From NCBI RefSeq assembly GCF_009914755.1, contig NC_060926.1: 64,000 nucleotides of DNA. The stretch is one strand, 5' to 3'. The notes below the pieces were generated by a model that searched no databases, had not been told where the DNA came from, and saw only the letters and a program-made list of their open reading frames with translations. The position numbers were made by a program, and so were the translations under genes. Of the stretch, positions 12,492-24,930 are shown piece after piece; the first letter of the stretch is position 1, and each line of letters starts with the position of its first letter. Source of the DNA: the human T2T-CHM13v2.0 reference genome, Homo sapiens.

Positions 12492-15400
12492 ACGTGATTT
12501 AAATGTTATAATCCTTAAAGACAGGAATAGGTCCTATTTCAAATATGTATATATGTATAATCTTTATAAACCTTATTAGATATGTATAGGTTCTTCTTCT
12601 CCTAAAGGTAGCATTCAACAAACATTTCAAATGTATTTTGGGATACAAATACAATGGTTCCCCCCACCATATCGAATCCCTACTTTTGTGTCTAATTTCA
12701 TAATCATCCTGTTCTTTATCTTCACTTCAGCAATGGTCTTTTTTTATAAATCAAGTTGTCAAATCCTACAGCATGCAGTAAGCTCTTACCCAGAGGTCCC
12801 TCAAACTGGAATGCTCTTCCTTCTTTGGTTACTTTTCCATCAAATCTTACTCTTGATTAGTTTAATCCTTCTGATTCTCTAATTTGTTTATTCATTCTGA
12901 TGCCATGATCTTAGTGTTTGACATGACCACTGCTCAACACTTGCATAATTTGTTTTTCTATATCTCTTGAAAACTTGTGTTATTTTATACTTAAAATCTC
13001 CCCTTTAATTTTTGATTAATATATTTACATCAAAAGGAATTGTTCAATTATTATGCAAAAAGAAATTTGATCAAATAAATGAACTTTCCATGAATATGTA
13101 TTTTTAATATGTTTTTAAAATATTACTTAGACATACAACACTTTAGGGAATTTCATGTAATGAGTTGAGAAGACAGTAGCATCAGATCTCTTCCCATAGA
13201 CTTAGAAATACAAAAACTCAAGTAAGTCACCATAGTGATTTGCCCTGAAAAGGTATTCAAGGCTATATGCCTTCTTTATAATCTCTTCCTTCTCTGCAAT
13301 TGTACCAATTGGCTTGCCTCACTGTTATGAAAATTATCACATGCATATTGTGCTGATGTTATGCTGTTTCCCTTATTTTATTTTACTCTATGTGTCTAGT
13401 GGTATGCTTGGTCTTTTTACATATTATACAGTGGAAGAGACCTGTAGATGTTAGACACTCAAAACATATTTAATTAATGTAAATTAAAAATTAAAATTAC
13501 TTTTAGTTTTAGGCGTTTTGAAGATGGAAAGATACTTTTTTTAGAATCATAGGAAGACATTTATATTTCTCTATGATTGTCCTGAAAGCACTTTTATTCC
13601 AACCTAAAAAACCCACATGACTATGGGTAGAAAATAGTAAGCATTTTATAAACATACTCTTAATAAATTAATGACAGTCATTCATCATTAAATGGGAAAT
13701 TCATGCAATAGTTGTTAAAATAACCAAAACAATTTAATGACAATTATGTCATTCACACAAAATGCATATTAAAAGGAGAAATGATATCGTGTGGAAGTAA
13801 TTATAACCATGACAATACTGATCCCACTGACCATTCAAAGTTCAATTAATTAAGTTTTTAAGTTTTAAAACCATTATTATTCTGGTGAATAGTGCACTTT
13901 CATTTCCCACAACATATGCCCAATATTATTGATCAGAAATATTCTTATGTATAATAAAATAAATACATAGAATTCATGTGGGGGAAATATTCTCAGTTGA
14001 TTGATTTGTGAATATTTAATAGTTTGGTAAAGTCTTGTAAACATCAATATCATTCTCTTAACATAAAATAATTTAATAATATACAGTAGAATATAATTAT
14101 TTTTCCTCAATTTTAGCAAAAGAATAAAGAAAACTGTAAAGTAAAATATGCCTTTGATGAAAGATAAGTCAGCATATTAAATGTTAAAACACACAAACAT
14201 AGTCATTATAATCAAACACACACATTTAAGGATAGAGTTTATTAAGTTTAAATAGCAAAATCTTTCAGGCACTGTTTATGTTTTTTGATTGTGTCATATC
14301 TAATTACATTATTATACCAATACAGATTTATGAACATATATAATAAATGTAATAAATTTTTAGAGCATAAAGCAAAAATTCAAAAAGATTTTTCAAAAAA
14401 TCCTGGTTAATGATAAAGGTAAGGGAGTTAAAAAGTAAATACCCATGCTTTAATTTATGCCCGAAAAAGCTGATTCTAAAACACTGATGAATTTGATTCA
14501 GTTAAAACCCTGGAAAAGATCATATATGCAAACTCTAACTCTACAGAAGCCAAATTTGAAATCGGTAAGTTATTCAAATAACTAAAAAAGTAAAGTTACC
14601 TTAACAATAAAGGCCTTCCTGATAATTCTAGGACTTTTTAAGAACAATTGCCAACTTCTAGAAAAGTTTCACATGCAATAGAGAGTACTCCCTACCACCC
14701 CTGTCTCCAAACCATATAAGAACAAAAGTTTAAAGCCTATTAGGCTATAATACTTGCTTACAAACAAAAATTTCGCATAAATAAATTTAGTACAACCATC
14801 AGTAGCGGGAAATAAATATTGATATATTACTATCATCTACAACTCATGCAATGAAGGTTTCACCAAATGTCTGAATAATGCCTTTTCCAGCAAAAACTCC
14901 AGTTCAGAATCACATATTAGTTACAGTTTATCATGTTTCTTTAATCTCTCTTGGTCTTGATTGATTCTTTATCTTTTCTTTCATTCTTTTTACCTTTTAC
15001 ATGTTTGAAGATCATAAGGCACTTCTATTGTGGAAGGTCCTTCCATCAGTATTTGTCTGATTATTAGGTTATTTATATTGACAGGAATATTGCAAAGGTG
15101 ACACTGTGTTCTTATTGCATCCTATCAGTTGATACATGATTTTAATTTTTCCCATTATTGATTCTGTTTTAATGAGAGTGGGTACTCTTGCCTTATTCTG
15201 AAAGTTAGAGGGAAAGTTTTCAACATTTTACCATTATATATGGCATTTGCTTTAGGAGTTTTGGACCTTCATAATTTGACAGCTCTGTAAGATAATAAAA
15301 TTTTTATTCTACTTATAGCATGCTAAATATTTTTATCATGAAAGTTTTTCGAATTTTAAAAAATATTTATTTTGTATTTATTGAATTCATTGTATGATTC

Positions 15401-15655
15401 TTCTTCCTTTGATATGGTGAATGGTATTGATGAACTTTTCAAATGTTTAATGAACTATATTTCCGTTACTGAAATAATTCTAAACAGGTTGTGATGCATT
15501 GTCCTTGTTTATTTCTGAATTCAGTTTGCTAGTCTTTTGTTTAGAATTTTTCATATCTATTTTTGTGAAAGAGATTGGCCTAAAGTTTTCTTTTATTCTC
15601 GTCAAGGTTTGATGTCAAGGTTATGCTCACCTTATATAACAAATTTGAACATTTG

Positions 15656-15958
15656 ACTGGTCCTGGTGGCTCATGCCTGTAATTTCAACAATTTCAGAGG
15701 CCAAAGTGGAAGGATTGCTTGAGCTCAGGAGTTCTAGACAAGCATGGGCAACACAGTGAGATCCTCTCTCTACAAAATATAAAAAAATTAGCTGGGCATG
15801 GTGGTGCATGCCTGTGGTCCGCAGCTACTTGGGAGGCTGATGTGGGAGAATCATCTGGGCCCGGGAGGTTGAGGCAGTGAGCCATGATTGCACCACTCCA
15901 CTCTTACCTAGGCAACAGAGCAAGACCCTGTCTCAAATAAATAAATACACAAAAATAA
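15656..15958 (+). mobile_element. AluJ
   Basis: Diverged Alu with J-type ggattgcttgagctcagg and gagccatgattgcacc. Confidence 0.9.
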
Positions 15959-16104
15959 AGAGTTTGAAAATGTTTCCTCTTTTCCTATTCTTTGGGAAAA
16001 TTTGTTTACAATCTGCAGCATTCACTTATAAAGTGAATATGTCCTAGAGTTTTCTGTGACAGATTTAAAATTACAGATCCAAAGTTCTTAAAATTGTATT
16101 TTGT

Positions 16105-16650
16105 ATTGGATAGTCTTCCCTTAGATTCAAAAAAAAAAAGAGGAAAAACAAAGAAAGATCCTGGGACAATGACTTGGAAGAAGGTAATTTAGTTAGTAAG
16201 GTAGCCCATAGAACAGGAGTGAGGGACTAGGGAAATTGAGAGAGAAGGAGGAAAGCTGAAACAAATCTATATAATCAAGCTGTTAACCATTCTAGATGGT
16301 TGTGGTTTGATCCCCTGGGAGTTGATAGGTTGGTGTGAAGACTGCACCTGAAAGTTGTCTGTCTTAGTCCTGGAAATGATAAATGTTCATTCATTAGTGT
16401 CTGTGCACCCATTGGTCAAAGGTTGTCATATGAGATGTTAACTTCCTTATGCTTACACTTCTGAGCTATACATACTTTAAAGCTAAGCTGGTTTCTGCTG
16501 TGTCCTGACTGTTGTTTTAGATAAAGACAAGGCAAAAAGCAAAGATGAGTTGTGTAGGGCAGTCAAGGTGTTATCGCCACATATTTGGGCACAGATAGTT
16601 GTCGTAGCAATGATTGTATAAAGAGGTTAACCCCGTGGAGGTGAGGCAGG
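16105..16650 (-). mobile_element. ERVL-type LTR remnant (LTR33-like)
   Basis: gatcctgggacaatgacttgg..aggagtgagggactagggaaattgagagagaaggaggaaagc motif typical of the LTR33 group; approximate. Confidence 0.4.
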
Positions 16651-16672
16651 GCAAAAGTATTTAAACAGTCAG

Positions 16673-16998
16673 GGGAGATGCAGTGGCTCATGCCCGTAAT
16701 CCCAACACTTTGAGAGGCCAAGGCAGAGGGGTCACTTGAGGTCAGGAGTTCCAGACCAGCCTGGCCAACATGGTGAAACCCTGTCTCTATTAAAAATTCA
16801 AGAATAAGCCAGGCCTGGTGGCAGGCACCAGTAATCCCAACTACTCAAGGGGCTGAGATGGGAGAATCGCTTGAACTGGGGAAGTGGAGGTTGCAGTGAC
16901 CCAAGATTGCACTGCTGCATTCCAGCCAGGGCAACAGAGTGCGACTCTGTCTCACAAATAAATAAATAAACAAATAAACAAACAAATAAAAAATTAAA
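16673..16998 (+). mobile_element. AluS
   Basis: Dimeric Alu with (TAAA/CAAA)n tail. Confidence 0.92.
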
Positions 16999-17210
16999 AA
17001 AATAGATTTTTCTATTCCATCTCAAGTCAGTTTTGCTAAAAATACAACAACAACAAAATCCTTAATAATACTGATTTTCTCTGTTGTACTTTATAGGACA
17101 TTTCATTAACTTCTGCTTTTACTTTTATTATTGCCAACCTTCTATTTCATAGTGTTTAATTTTTGTTCTTTTTCTAAGCTTTTGACATCAATGATTAGAT
17201 CTGGTTTTCT

Positions 17211-19066
17211 TTTTTTTTTCTTTTTTTTTTCCGGTATTTATTGATCATTCTTGGGTGTTTCTCAGAGATGGGGATGTGGCAGGGTCATAGGGTAATAGTG
17301 GAGAGAAGGTCAGCAGATAAACAGGTGAACAAAGGTCTCTGGTTTTCCTAGGCAGAGGTCCCTGCGGACTTCCATAGTGTTTGTGTCCCTGGGTACTTGA
17401 GATTAGGGAGTGGTGATGACTCTTAACAAGCATGCTGCCTTCAAGCATCTGTTTAACAAAGCACATCTTGCACTGCCCTTAATCCATTTAACCCTGAGTT
17501 GACACAGCACATGTTTCAGAGAGCACGGGGTTGGGGTTAAGGTTATAGATTAACAGCATCCCAAGGCAGAAGAATTTTTCTTAGTACAGAACAAAATGGT
17601 GTCTCCTATGTCAACTTCTTTCTACATAGACACAGTAACAATCTGATCTCTCTTTCTTTTCCCCACATTTCCCCCTTTTCTTTTCGACAAAACCGCCATC
17701 GTCATCATGGCCCGTTCTCAATGGTCACTGTCTCTTTGGAGCTGTTGGGTACACTTCCCAGACGGGGCGGCCGGGCAGAGGCGCTCCCCACCTCCCAGAT
17801 GAAGGGCGGCCGGGCAGAGGCACTCCTCACCTCCCAGACAGGGCGGCCGGTCAGAGACGCCCCTCACCTCCCAGACGGGGTGGCCGTGCAGAGGCTCCCA
17901 CTTCCCAGACGGGGCGGCCGGGCAGAGGCGCTCCCCACCTCCCAGACGAAGGGCAGCCGGGCAGAGGCGCTCCCCACCTCCCAGACGGGGCGGCCGGGCA
18001 GAGGCGCTCCTCACATCCCAGACGATGGGCGGCCGGGCAGAGGCGCTCCTCACTTCCCAGACGATGGGCGGCCGGGCAGAGGCGCTCCTCACTTCCCAGA
18101 CGGGGCAGCCGGGCAGAGGCGCTCCTCGCTTCCCAGATGGGGCGGCCGGGCAGAGGCGCTCCTCGCTTCCCAGACGGGGTGTCCGGGCAGAGGCCCTCCT
18201 CACTTCCCAGATGGGGCGGCCGGGTAGAGGCGCTCCTCGCTTCCCAGACGGGGCGGCCGGGCAGAGGCCCTCCTCGCTTCCCAGATGGGGCGGCCGGGTA
18301 GAGGCGCTCCTCGCTTCCCAGATGGGGCAGCCAGGCAGAGGCGCTCCTCACATTCCAGACGGGGTGGTGGCCAGGCAGAGGCGCTCCTCACATCCCAGAT
18401 GATGGGCTGCCGGGCAGAGAGGCTCCTCACTTGCCAGACGATGGGCAGCCAGGCAGAGACGCTCCTCACTTCGCAGACAGGGTGGCGGCCAGGCAGAGGC
18501 GCCCCTCACTTCCCAGATGGGGCGGCTGGGCAGAGGGGCTCCCCACATCCCAGACGATGGGCGGCCAGGCAGAGATGCTCCCCACTTCCCAGACGGGGTG
18601 GTGGCTGGGCAGAGGCTGTAATCTTAGCACTTTGGGAGGCCAAGGCAGGTGGCTGGAAGGTGGAGGTTGTGGCGAGCCGAGATCACGCTACTGCACTCCA
18701 GCCTGGGCAACACTGAGCATTGAGTGAGCAAGACTCCGTCTGCAATCCCAGCACCCCGGGAGGCCAAGGCGGGCAGACCACTCGAGGTCAGGAGCCAGAG
18801 ACCAGCCCGGTCAACAGGGCGAAACCTCGTCTCCTCCAAAAATACAAAAACCAGTCAGGTGTGGCGGCGCCCGCCCGCAATCCCAGGCACTTGGCAGGCC
18901 GAGGCAGGAGAACCACGGGAGCCCGGGGCAGGGAGGCTGCAGTGACCCGAGACCACGGCAGTACAGTCCAGCCTTGGCAACAGAGGGAGACCAAAGAAAG
19001 AAAGAAAGGGGAGAGAGGGAGACTGAAGAAAGAAAGAAAGAAAGGGGAGAGGGAGAGGGAGAGGGG
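17211..19066 (-). mobile_element. Full-length SVA retrotransposon (SVA_A-like)
   Basis: On the + strand: poly(T), SINE-R (about 17232-17750), GC-rich VNTR (about 17750-18610), Alu-like domain (about 18610-18990), hexamer end. TSD tagat(c/t)tggttttct at 17196-17210 and 19067-19081. The segment ggtcactgtctctttggagctg at the SINE-R/VNTR border is, from memory, retained in SVA_A. Confidence 0.95.
17750..18610. repeat. SVA VNTR (about 37-40-bp GC/CpG-rich units)
   Basis: Tandem units like ggggcggccgggcagaggcgctcctcacttcccagac. Confidence 0.95.
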
Positions 19067-22000
19067 TAGATTTGGTTTTCTGTTTCCCTTCTTTTTCAGC
19101 TAGTCAGTAAAGATTATACAATTCCCTTTAATACATTAGTGCTGACCCTTTTGTTTTAATATGTTCCACTTTTACCATCATTCATTTCAAAATGCTTTCC
19201 ATTTTCTATTCAAATTTCCTTATTCACACATAGCTTTCTATTTCAAAGTTCACAATTTAATTTTCAACCTTTCGAATATTTTGTATCAATAGTTATATTT
19301 TTGTTTCTGAGTTCAAGCTTAATATCATTGTGGTAAGATAGCACACTTTGCATGATTTCATTTAACATTTGTTGAGGTTTGTATTCTAGCCCAGCATTTG
19401 GCCAATTCTGGTAAATATTCTGGTGGTCTTGAAAAAAACTACATTCTACATTTGTTTGGTGTAATGTTCTGTACATATCTACCAGGTCAACTGAATTAAT
19501 TTTATTCCTCAAAAGTGTTATATTCTTAATGAATTTTTGTCTCTTTGCTTCCTCAATTCCAGAAAAAGAAAGTGTTTTTTCAATATTATTTTAGGTTTAT
19601 ATCCTTCTCCTTGATACCTATGTCAATTTCTGAATGGTATATTTGAGACTATATTAATAGGTGCATAAAATTTTAAGGCCTTTTTACTGTTATCAAATAT
19701 TTTTCTTTATTACTATTTTTTTGTTTAAAGTCAACTAACCTAAAACTCACTGAAGTTAGTATTTTTTTAAGTCTACCATAGGGGCTTAGATACAGATATA
19801 GAACTTACTCTTTTACAAATAGTCTTCCCTAGTAGCTTCTCAGCAATATAATCTCTAACAGATTACCAAATTCTCTCTCACTCTACCGAAAGCATCAGAG
19901 CAACCTGTTAATCCTTTGTGGATTTCATAAGTATTTTTAGACTATGTGGGTGTTAGTGGGCCTTACATTTATTAACTTTAAAAACCATCATGAAACATCC
20001 ACAAATTCTAGTATTTACTGAAAGTATTTGCTTGCCTGAAAATTTTCCCCCAATGAGAAATGGAAAAAGTATCTGATGTTAGTATAGCTATTATCTTTTT
20101 GTTGGTTGAACACTTAAATACTTTAAAAATATGTTTGCTTTTCCTATTCCTGTATAATGTATTTAAGATGTTTCTCTTGAGAACAAAATATCATTGAATT
20201 TTCTTGATCAATCTTTTTCTTTTAACTCAAATATTTATTACACTTGCATTTATTGTACTTGTATATTTGTATATAAATTTAACATCTTACTTTTTTTTGC
20301 TGTTTTACTCGTCTGACTTATGTTCCATTTTGTCTTTTTTATTTTATCTTTTTTGCACTAATTAGCCTTAGATTTCAGCTTTTTCTTTATTGTTTCCTTT
20401 ACATTCTTTAACAATTTTTAAAGATTATGCTAGGGATTATGTGTCATATCCCTGATTAGAATCTAATATATAAAGTGGTACTTTTATCACTTATTAAACA
20501 AAGCAAATACATAGGAACAGTTACTTCAACTCACTTAAATTTAAGACGTATTTTGTGTATTTTAACTTTTAACAGTCACTGAGGAATGGAAACATGCCAT
20601 TCCAAGTGCATCCTACTTTAATTTCTGAGTTTCAAAACCATGATATAATAAAATATTTTGGAGTTTAACAAAATTTATTAACAGCTAACTGGCTCAGATT
20701 AGGATACCAGAAGTGGTATGCTGCCATAACAGATATCTGCAATACGAAGCATTGTCTCTGAGACTCAGAGACAAAGAGAAGGTGGAAGGTCCTAAAGAAC
20801 GCATAGTGAAAAGTTGAATGAAGTGAGAAAATTGTTATCAGTGATATATCATTTGTGACTAGAATCTCCATAGACTTTGTTCTAGTTTGTGTCTACAATG
20901 ACTATATTGCAAATTCATCAACTGACCCACATGAAACTGAACTTACTATCAAGTCAGAATGCACAAGGGCTTTGATCAATATAGGAAAGCATAACCCAAA
21001 ATTGTCCATTATTCCTATGGTAGAATTACTAATTCATCAATAATCTGTTCAAACTCATAATTATTAACATCGTGTCTTATTTAAACTTATATTTTTCATT
21101 ATTTTTCCTAAATAATTGAGGGCAACCACAATGAAAGAGGTTATTGAAATAAATAGTCCCTTAAAGTCACTTCTATATATTTCATATTTTAGACATGGGG
21201 ATTCTGAAAAAATGGAACCTAAAACTCCTCTCTAAACATTTTGAAATTGTTATTTTGCAAGAACAATTTTTAAACATGAACATTCTGTCAATTTGATAAA
21301 CATCTACATACTGACATTGGTTTCTTCTTAAGAATTGATTAGACTCGAGTATTATATATGTTAATAAAATAATGAAAATCAAGACAATGGCTATACTGTG
21401 TCCCCATTGCATAGTGGAAAAGCAGTGTTTTGGCAGATAGGATAAAAACAAAATTATATAACTAATAGGTTTTGTTAAAGATGAAGAAAATATTTCTACA
21501 AAAGATAAAGCACAATCACAAAACTTTAAGTGGAGAATCTTAAAAATTTGGGGGGATAGATGGTATTTTTGGGAAAGGATTTATGCTGTCAAAAAATAGT
21601 TATGCTCAGCCTTCTGAATACATTTAATATTATTCTGTGTTGAGTAACTGAGTTGTGATGCAAATCTTTGACCCGTTCCTTAAGTTTCTCTTGTTTAGTG
21701 ACAGTGAAGCAGAAACTCTAATTAAACTAATCTAAAGGCAGTTGGAGATGATGAATTTTGTTTACGTGAAAACTAGTGAAGCTGTGCTGGTCAGAAGATA
21801 ATTCATCAGCTAGTAAAAAATTAGTCAAAAGGACAAATTTCTCTGTTGATATCATGCAGAACATCTTTCAATAATTAAAGTTTCCTCCTTCCATTTCAGC
21901 AGATTTTACGTTTTCTGCCATCTGTTTAGAGTAGACACAGTGCTGATGTCTAATCAGCTAATGCACAACATTTTTCACAGGTAGATTTCTCTGAGTCATC

Positions 22001-22089
22001 AACTGCCTTTAGCCAACAGCGTAACGGTTTACTGTTGATATTCAGACATGGAGCTTCAGGAGCAGTTCTCAGAAGAGAATTTGGTTACT

Positions 22090-22490
22090 TGTGGTAGTCA
22101 TAATTGTTGTTTGTCAAATATTTCAAATACTCTAATCCTCAACCTCCCTACCTTCTAGGCCCGTAGTAGTATTGCACTGCTGTCTCTTTTGTTTGGAAGT
22201 GCGTTGGTTTCTAGTTTAGGTCAATGAGTCATTAGCATTTAACTGTTGAAGTCAGAACTTAGCATGTACTTGCTACAGCAAGAACTCTTAGAGTCTTTAT
22301 CTTTCCTCTGATATGGGAGCAAATATGATGTGCAAAGGTGACCGCTCTGTCATCCAAAGTCTCTGAGTGACTGTAATAAACAAAGGCCCCCTGATGGACA
22401 TATAGCATAAACAAGAAATAAATATTTGTTGTTTAAAGCCTCTGAGATGCTGGGGGTTGTTTGTTACTGCAGTAATTCTCAACTGAAATC
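22090..22490 (+). mobile_element. MLT1 (MaLR) solo LTR, MLT1I/J-like
   Basis: Starts tgtggtag; 3' end atggacatatagcataaacaagaaataaat..gcctctgagat..gggttgtttgttactgcag. Confidence 0.75.
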
Positions 22491-22764
22491 CATATCACCT
22501 ATGACTTTCAAAGCAGATTTCTATTCTTAAGAGTATAGCACTTTGTTTTGCAGAAATCAGTGGTGCATTATTTATTTATTTATATATATGTTGTAAAGTC
22601 TCCAAATGGTATACTAGTTTGATAGAGAGATATTTTCTGTCAAAAGCTCTCATTTCAGGTGAATTTATTATCTAAAAAGCACCTATATATCTTCATTCAC
22701 ATACACCAGCTTCTTGTTTCCTTGCACCAAGAAAACATTATATTGTCAAATGATAGGATTAGAA

Positions 22765-22972
22765 TAGTCTTTCTTTAAGTGTGGTCTACAATGAAGAGCA
22801 CCACAATTAATGACTTTGCTTATTAAAAATGCAGATTTCCCCAAAACCTTGCTCCAGGTCTATTGAATCTGAATTACAAGAAATTTGTGGCTGTACAGAA
22901 AATACAGAAAACAAACATTTCCAACAAGTTCTCCAGGTATTTAAAATATACAGCAATATTTGAGAATCACAG
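22765..22972. mobile_element. MER5-type hAT/Charlie MITE remnant
   Basis: aagtgtggtc..ttaaaaatgcagatt..ctattgaatctgaat..aacaagttctccaggt..tttgagaatcac. Confidence 0.6.
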
Positions 22973-23861
22973 CTTCCTGAATACTTTTATACAAAATTGT
23001 TATATTTATTTAGAATGTTAAAGTATCAGCCAATTTGTGTAATTTCTAGTATTAAGAGAATGGTGAGTGACAAACTTACAAAACTTGAACAGTAAACATT
23101 ATTTTAGATGCAAATTGAATGATTAACTTTTTTCACAGCCTTAAAAGCTTGGAACAATTTTGGTGTTTGATTTAGCTTTTTGCTTACAAACTATATTGTT
23201 GAACTGTGCTGTGTATCTCTTTGTATCAAAGGCTGAAAAACAGTGGCTGAGTAGACTTTACATAAAAAATATAATAAAATCTGTTGCAGAATGACAGGTT
23301 TAAGTTGTCTTCATGTGTGAGTTGCCAAATTTTCAAGATAGCACCATCATTTTATTTGTATGTGAAATATTATATGTTGCACCTCAACCTTCCGTTTACA
23401 GAAGTATTTTAAGGGCTACAATATAATGATATCATCCAAATTGGTGGTGTTCTGCCCTGGAGAAGTCTGAAAAAATTTGTACAAGTTAGGCTAGATTTTA
23501 TCAAAATTCTTTCATACATTTCCAAACAGAATCCACATTACTGGCATTCTTAACCTCAATTGCTCTCAAAAGTATTATTATCAACCAGCATGGGAATGAA
23601 CGGCCAGTGAAATTTTATTGGTGGAGAAAACAGATGCTTGCGGTGATAAATTTCTGCAGTTTTGTTAGCATGCCATGATAGACACTGTTATAATCTATTT
23701 ACATACATTATATATTGCGATGCTAGGGAATTTTAAAAAGTAGTATTCAATAGTTACATGTCTACTTGAATGAATTTGGAATATGATTCCACATTAATGC
23801 CAGCACTTCTATAAATATCCCCCAAATAACTATGCAGATGATCCTGTCACTCTTTCTGGTG

Positions 23862-24078
23862 TAATAACATAATAGCTAAAATATTGTTTTTGAGTAGAAA
23901 AAAAATACTAAGTATTTTTGAGTAGCAAAAAATACTAAGTATTTTTGAGTAGCAAAAAATACTATGTATAAATTGTGTCATTTATTTCTTACAATGACTC
24001 TATGAGGGGCATACTATTACTATCTCCATTTAATACAAGAGCAAACTGAGGTTCATAGAAGTTAAATAGATTGCCTAA
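23862..24078 (-). mobile_element. MIR containing a local tandem triplication
   Basis: ctattactatctccatttaatacaagagcaaactgagg..agaagttaaat..ttgcc core. Confidence 0.65.
23887..23968. repeat. 27-bp tandem repeat x3
   Basis: Unit tttttgagtagcaaaaaatactaagta starting at 23887, 23915 and 23942. Confidence 0.9.
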
Positions 24079-24364
24079 TTAGTTTATACTTTATTGTTCA
24101 GCTTTGTATATGACATTCCCCTTCCAGACTGAAAACCAAAAGGTAAATTATTCAATAGTTTGATGATCATTGATGGTTTATATTGGCAGTTCTAATGTCA
24201 CATTATATACATAAATGCATATGCCTTTTCTACACAAGAAAAATCATATGGATATATTTTAGATAAACGTATGTAAAAATGTATTTTTGACCATATATTG
24301 AAGTAACATTGATCATTCGGTACCAATTCATCTTTTGATGATTTACTAATTGTTATTTCTTAAC

Positions 24365-24690
24365 ATCAAACTGATACATATTGAGTATGTGATGAGCAGT
24401 GTTGTATGTGCTAGAGATGTATCAGTTGAACCAAACAACAGTCCTTTCCTTTAAGGAGTTTATATCATAAAAGGTCAGTGATCTGTGAAAAAAGACATTC
24501 GAAAAACATATATAATTTCTATTGCATATTATATAGTGATAAGAACTATGGAAAACAAGAGGAACAGAAAAGACTATACTGAATTATGAATACTGTAGTT
24601 GAGTGGTGAGAATGAAATTTAAATTACAGTGCTCTGGAGGGTGCCACTGAGGATGGACATTGAGCAAAGACTCAAAACAGGCTAGGAAGA
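24365..24690 (-). mobile_element. L2 3' remnant
   Basis: tattgagt..gtgctagagat..tcctttaaggagtttata..actgaggatggacattgagcaaagact pattern. Confidence 0.55.
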
Positions 24691-24819
24691 ATTAGTTCTA
24701 TAAAATTTTTAAATACCTGGCCCTACATAAGTGACAAAGATATATTTAAATATATTTAAGTACTAATATCTGTCTCTATTTCATAAAAGTTCATATGCAT
24801 TTTCCCCACTATTAAACAT

Positions 24820-24930
24820 CTCTACAATATGGATACATCTTGCCAATAGTTGTTATGAGGATTACACTAAGTATAAATGTAAAGCCCTTTAATGTTGCTG
24901 GCATGTAGTAAGTGCTTTATAAGTACTACT
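24820..24930 (+). mobile_element. MIR remnant
   Basis: gttgttatgaggatta..atgtaaagc..ctggcatgtagtaagtgct. Confidence 0.55.

Larger units (their letters stand above)
14890..20560 (-). mobile_element. Ancient fragmented L1M/L1ME, interrupted by later insertions
   Basis: T-rich antisense L1 ORF2-like sequence; ORF 19264-19512(-) retains endonuclease-like DLVDMYRTLH..SFF..LSYHNDIKLE. May be several fragments; boundaries approximate. Confidence 0.6.

Noticed and set aside
17750-18610. Regularly spaced repeats of about 37-40 bp, superficially CRISPR-like
   Set aside because: Contiguous tandem units without unique spacers, no cas genes, and a clear SVA context in primate DNA.
17718-19103. Many overlapping ORFs up to 168 aa with repetitive Arg/Pro/Gly-rich translations
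   Set aside because: They arise from the stop-poor GC-rich SVA VNTR and Alu-like domain on both strands; not genes.
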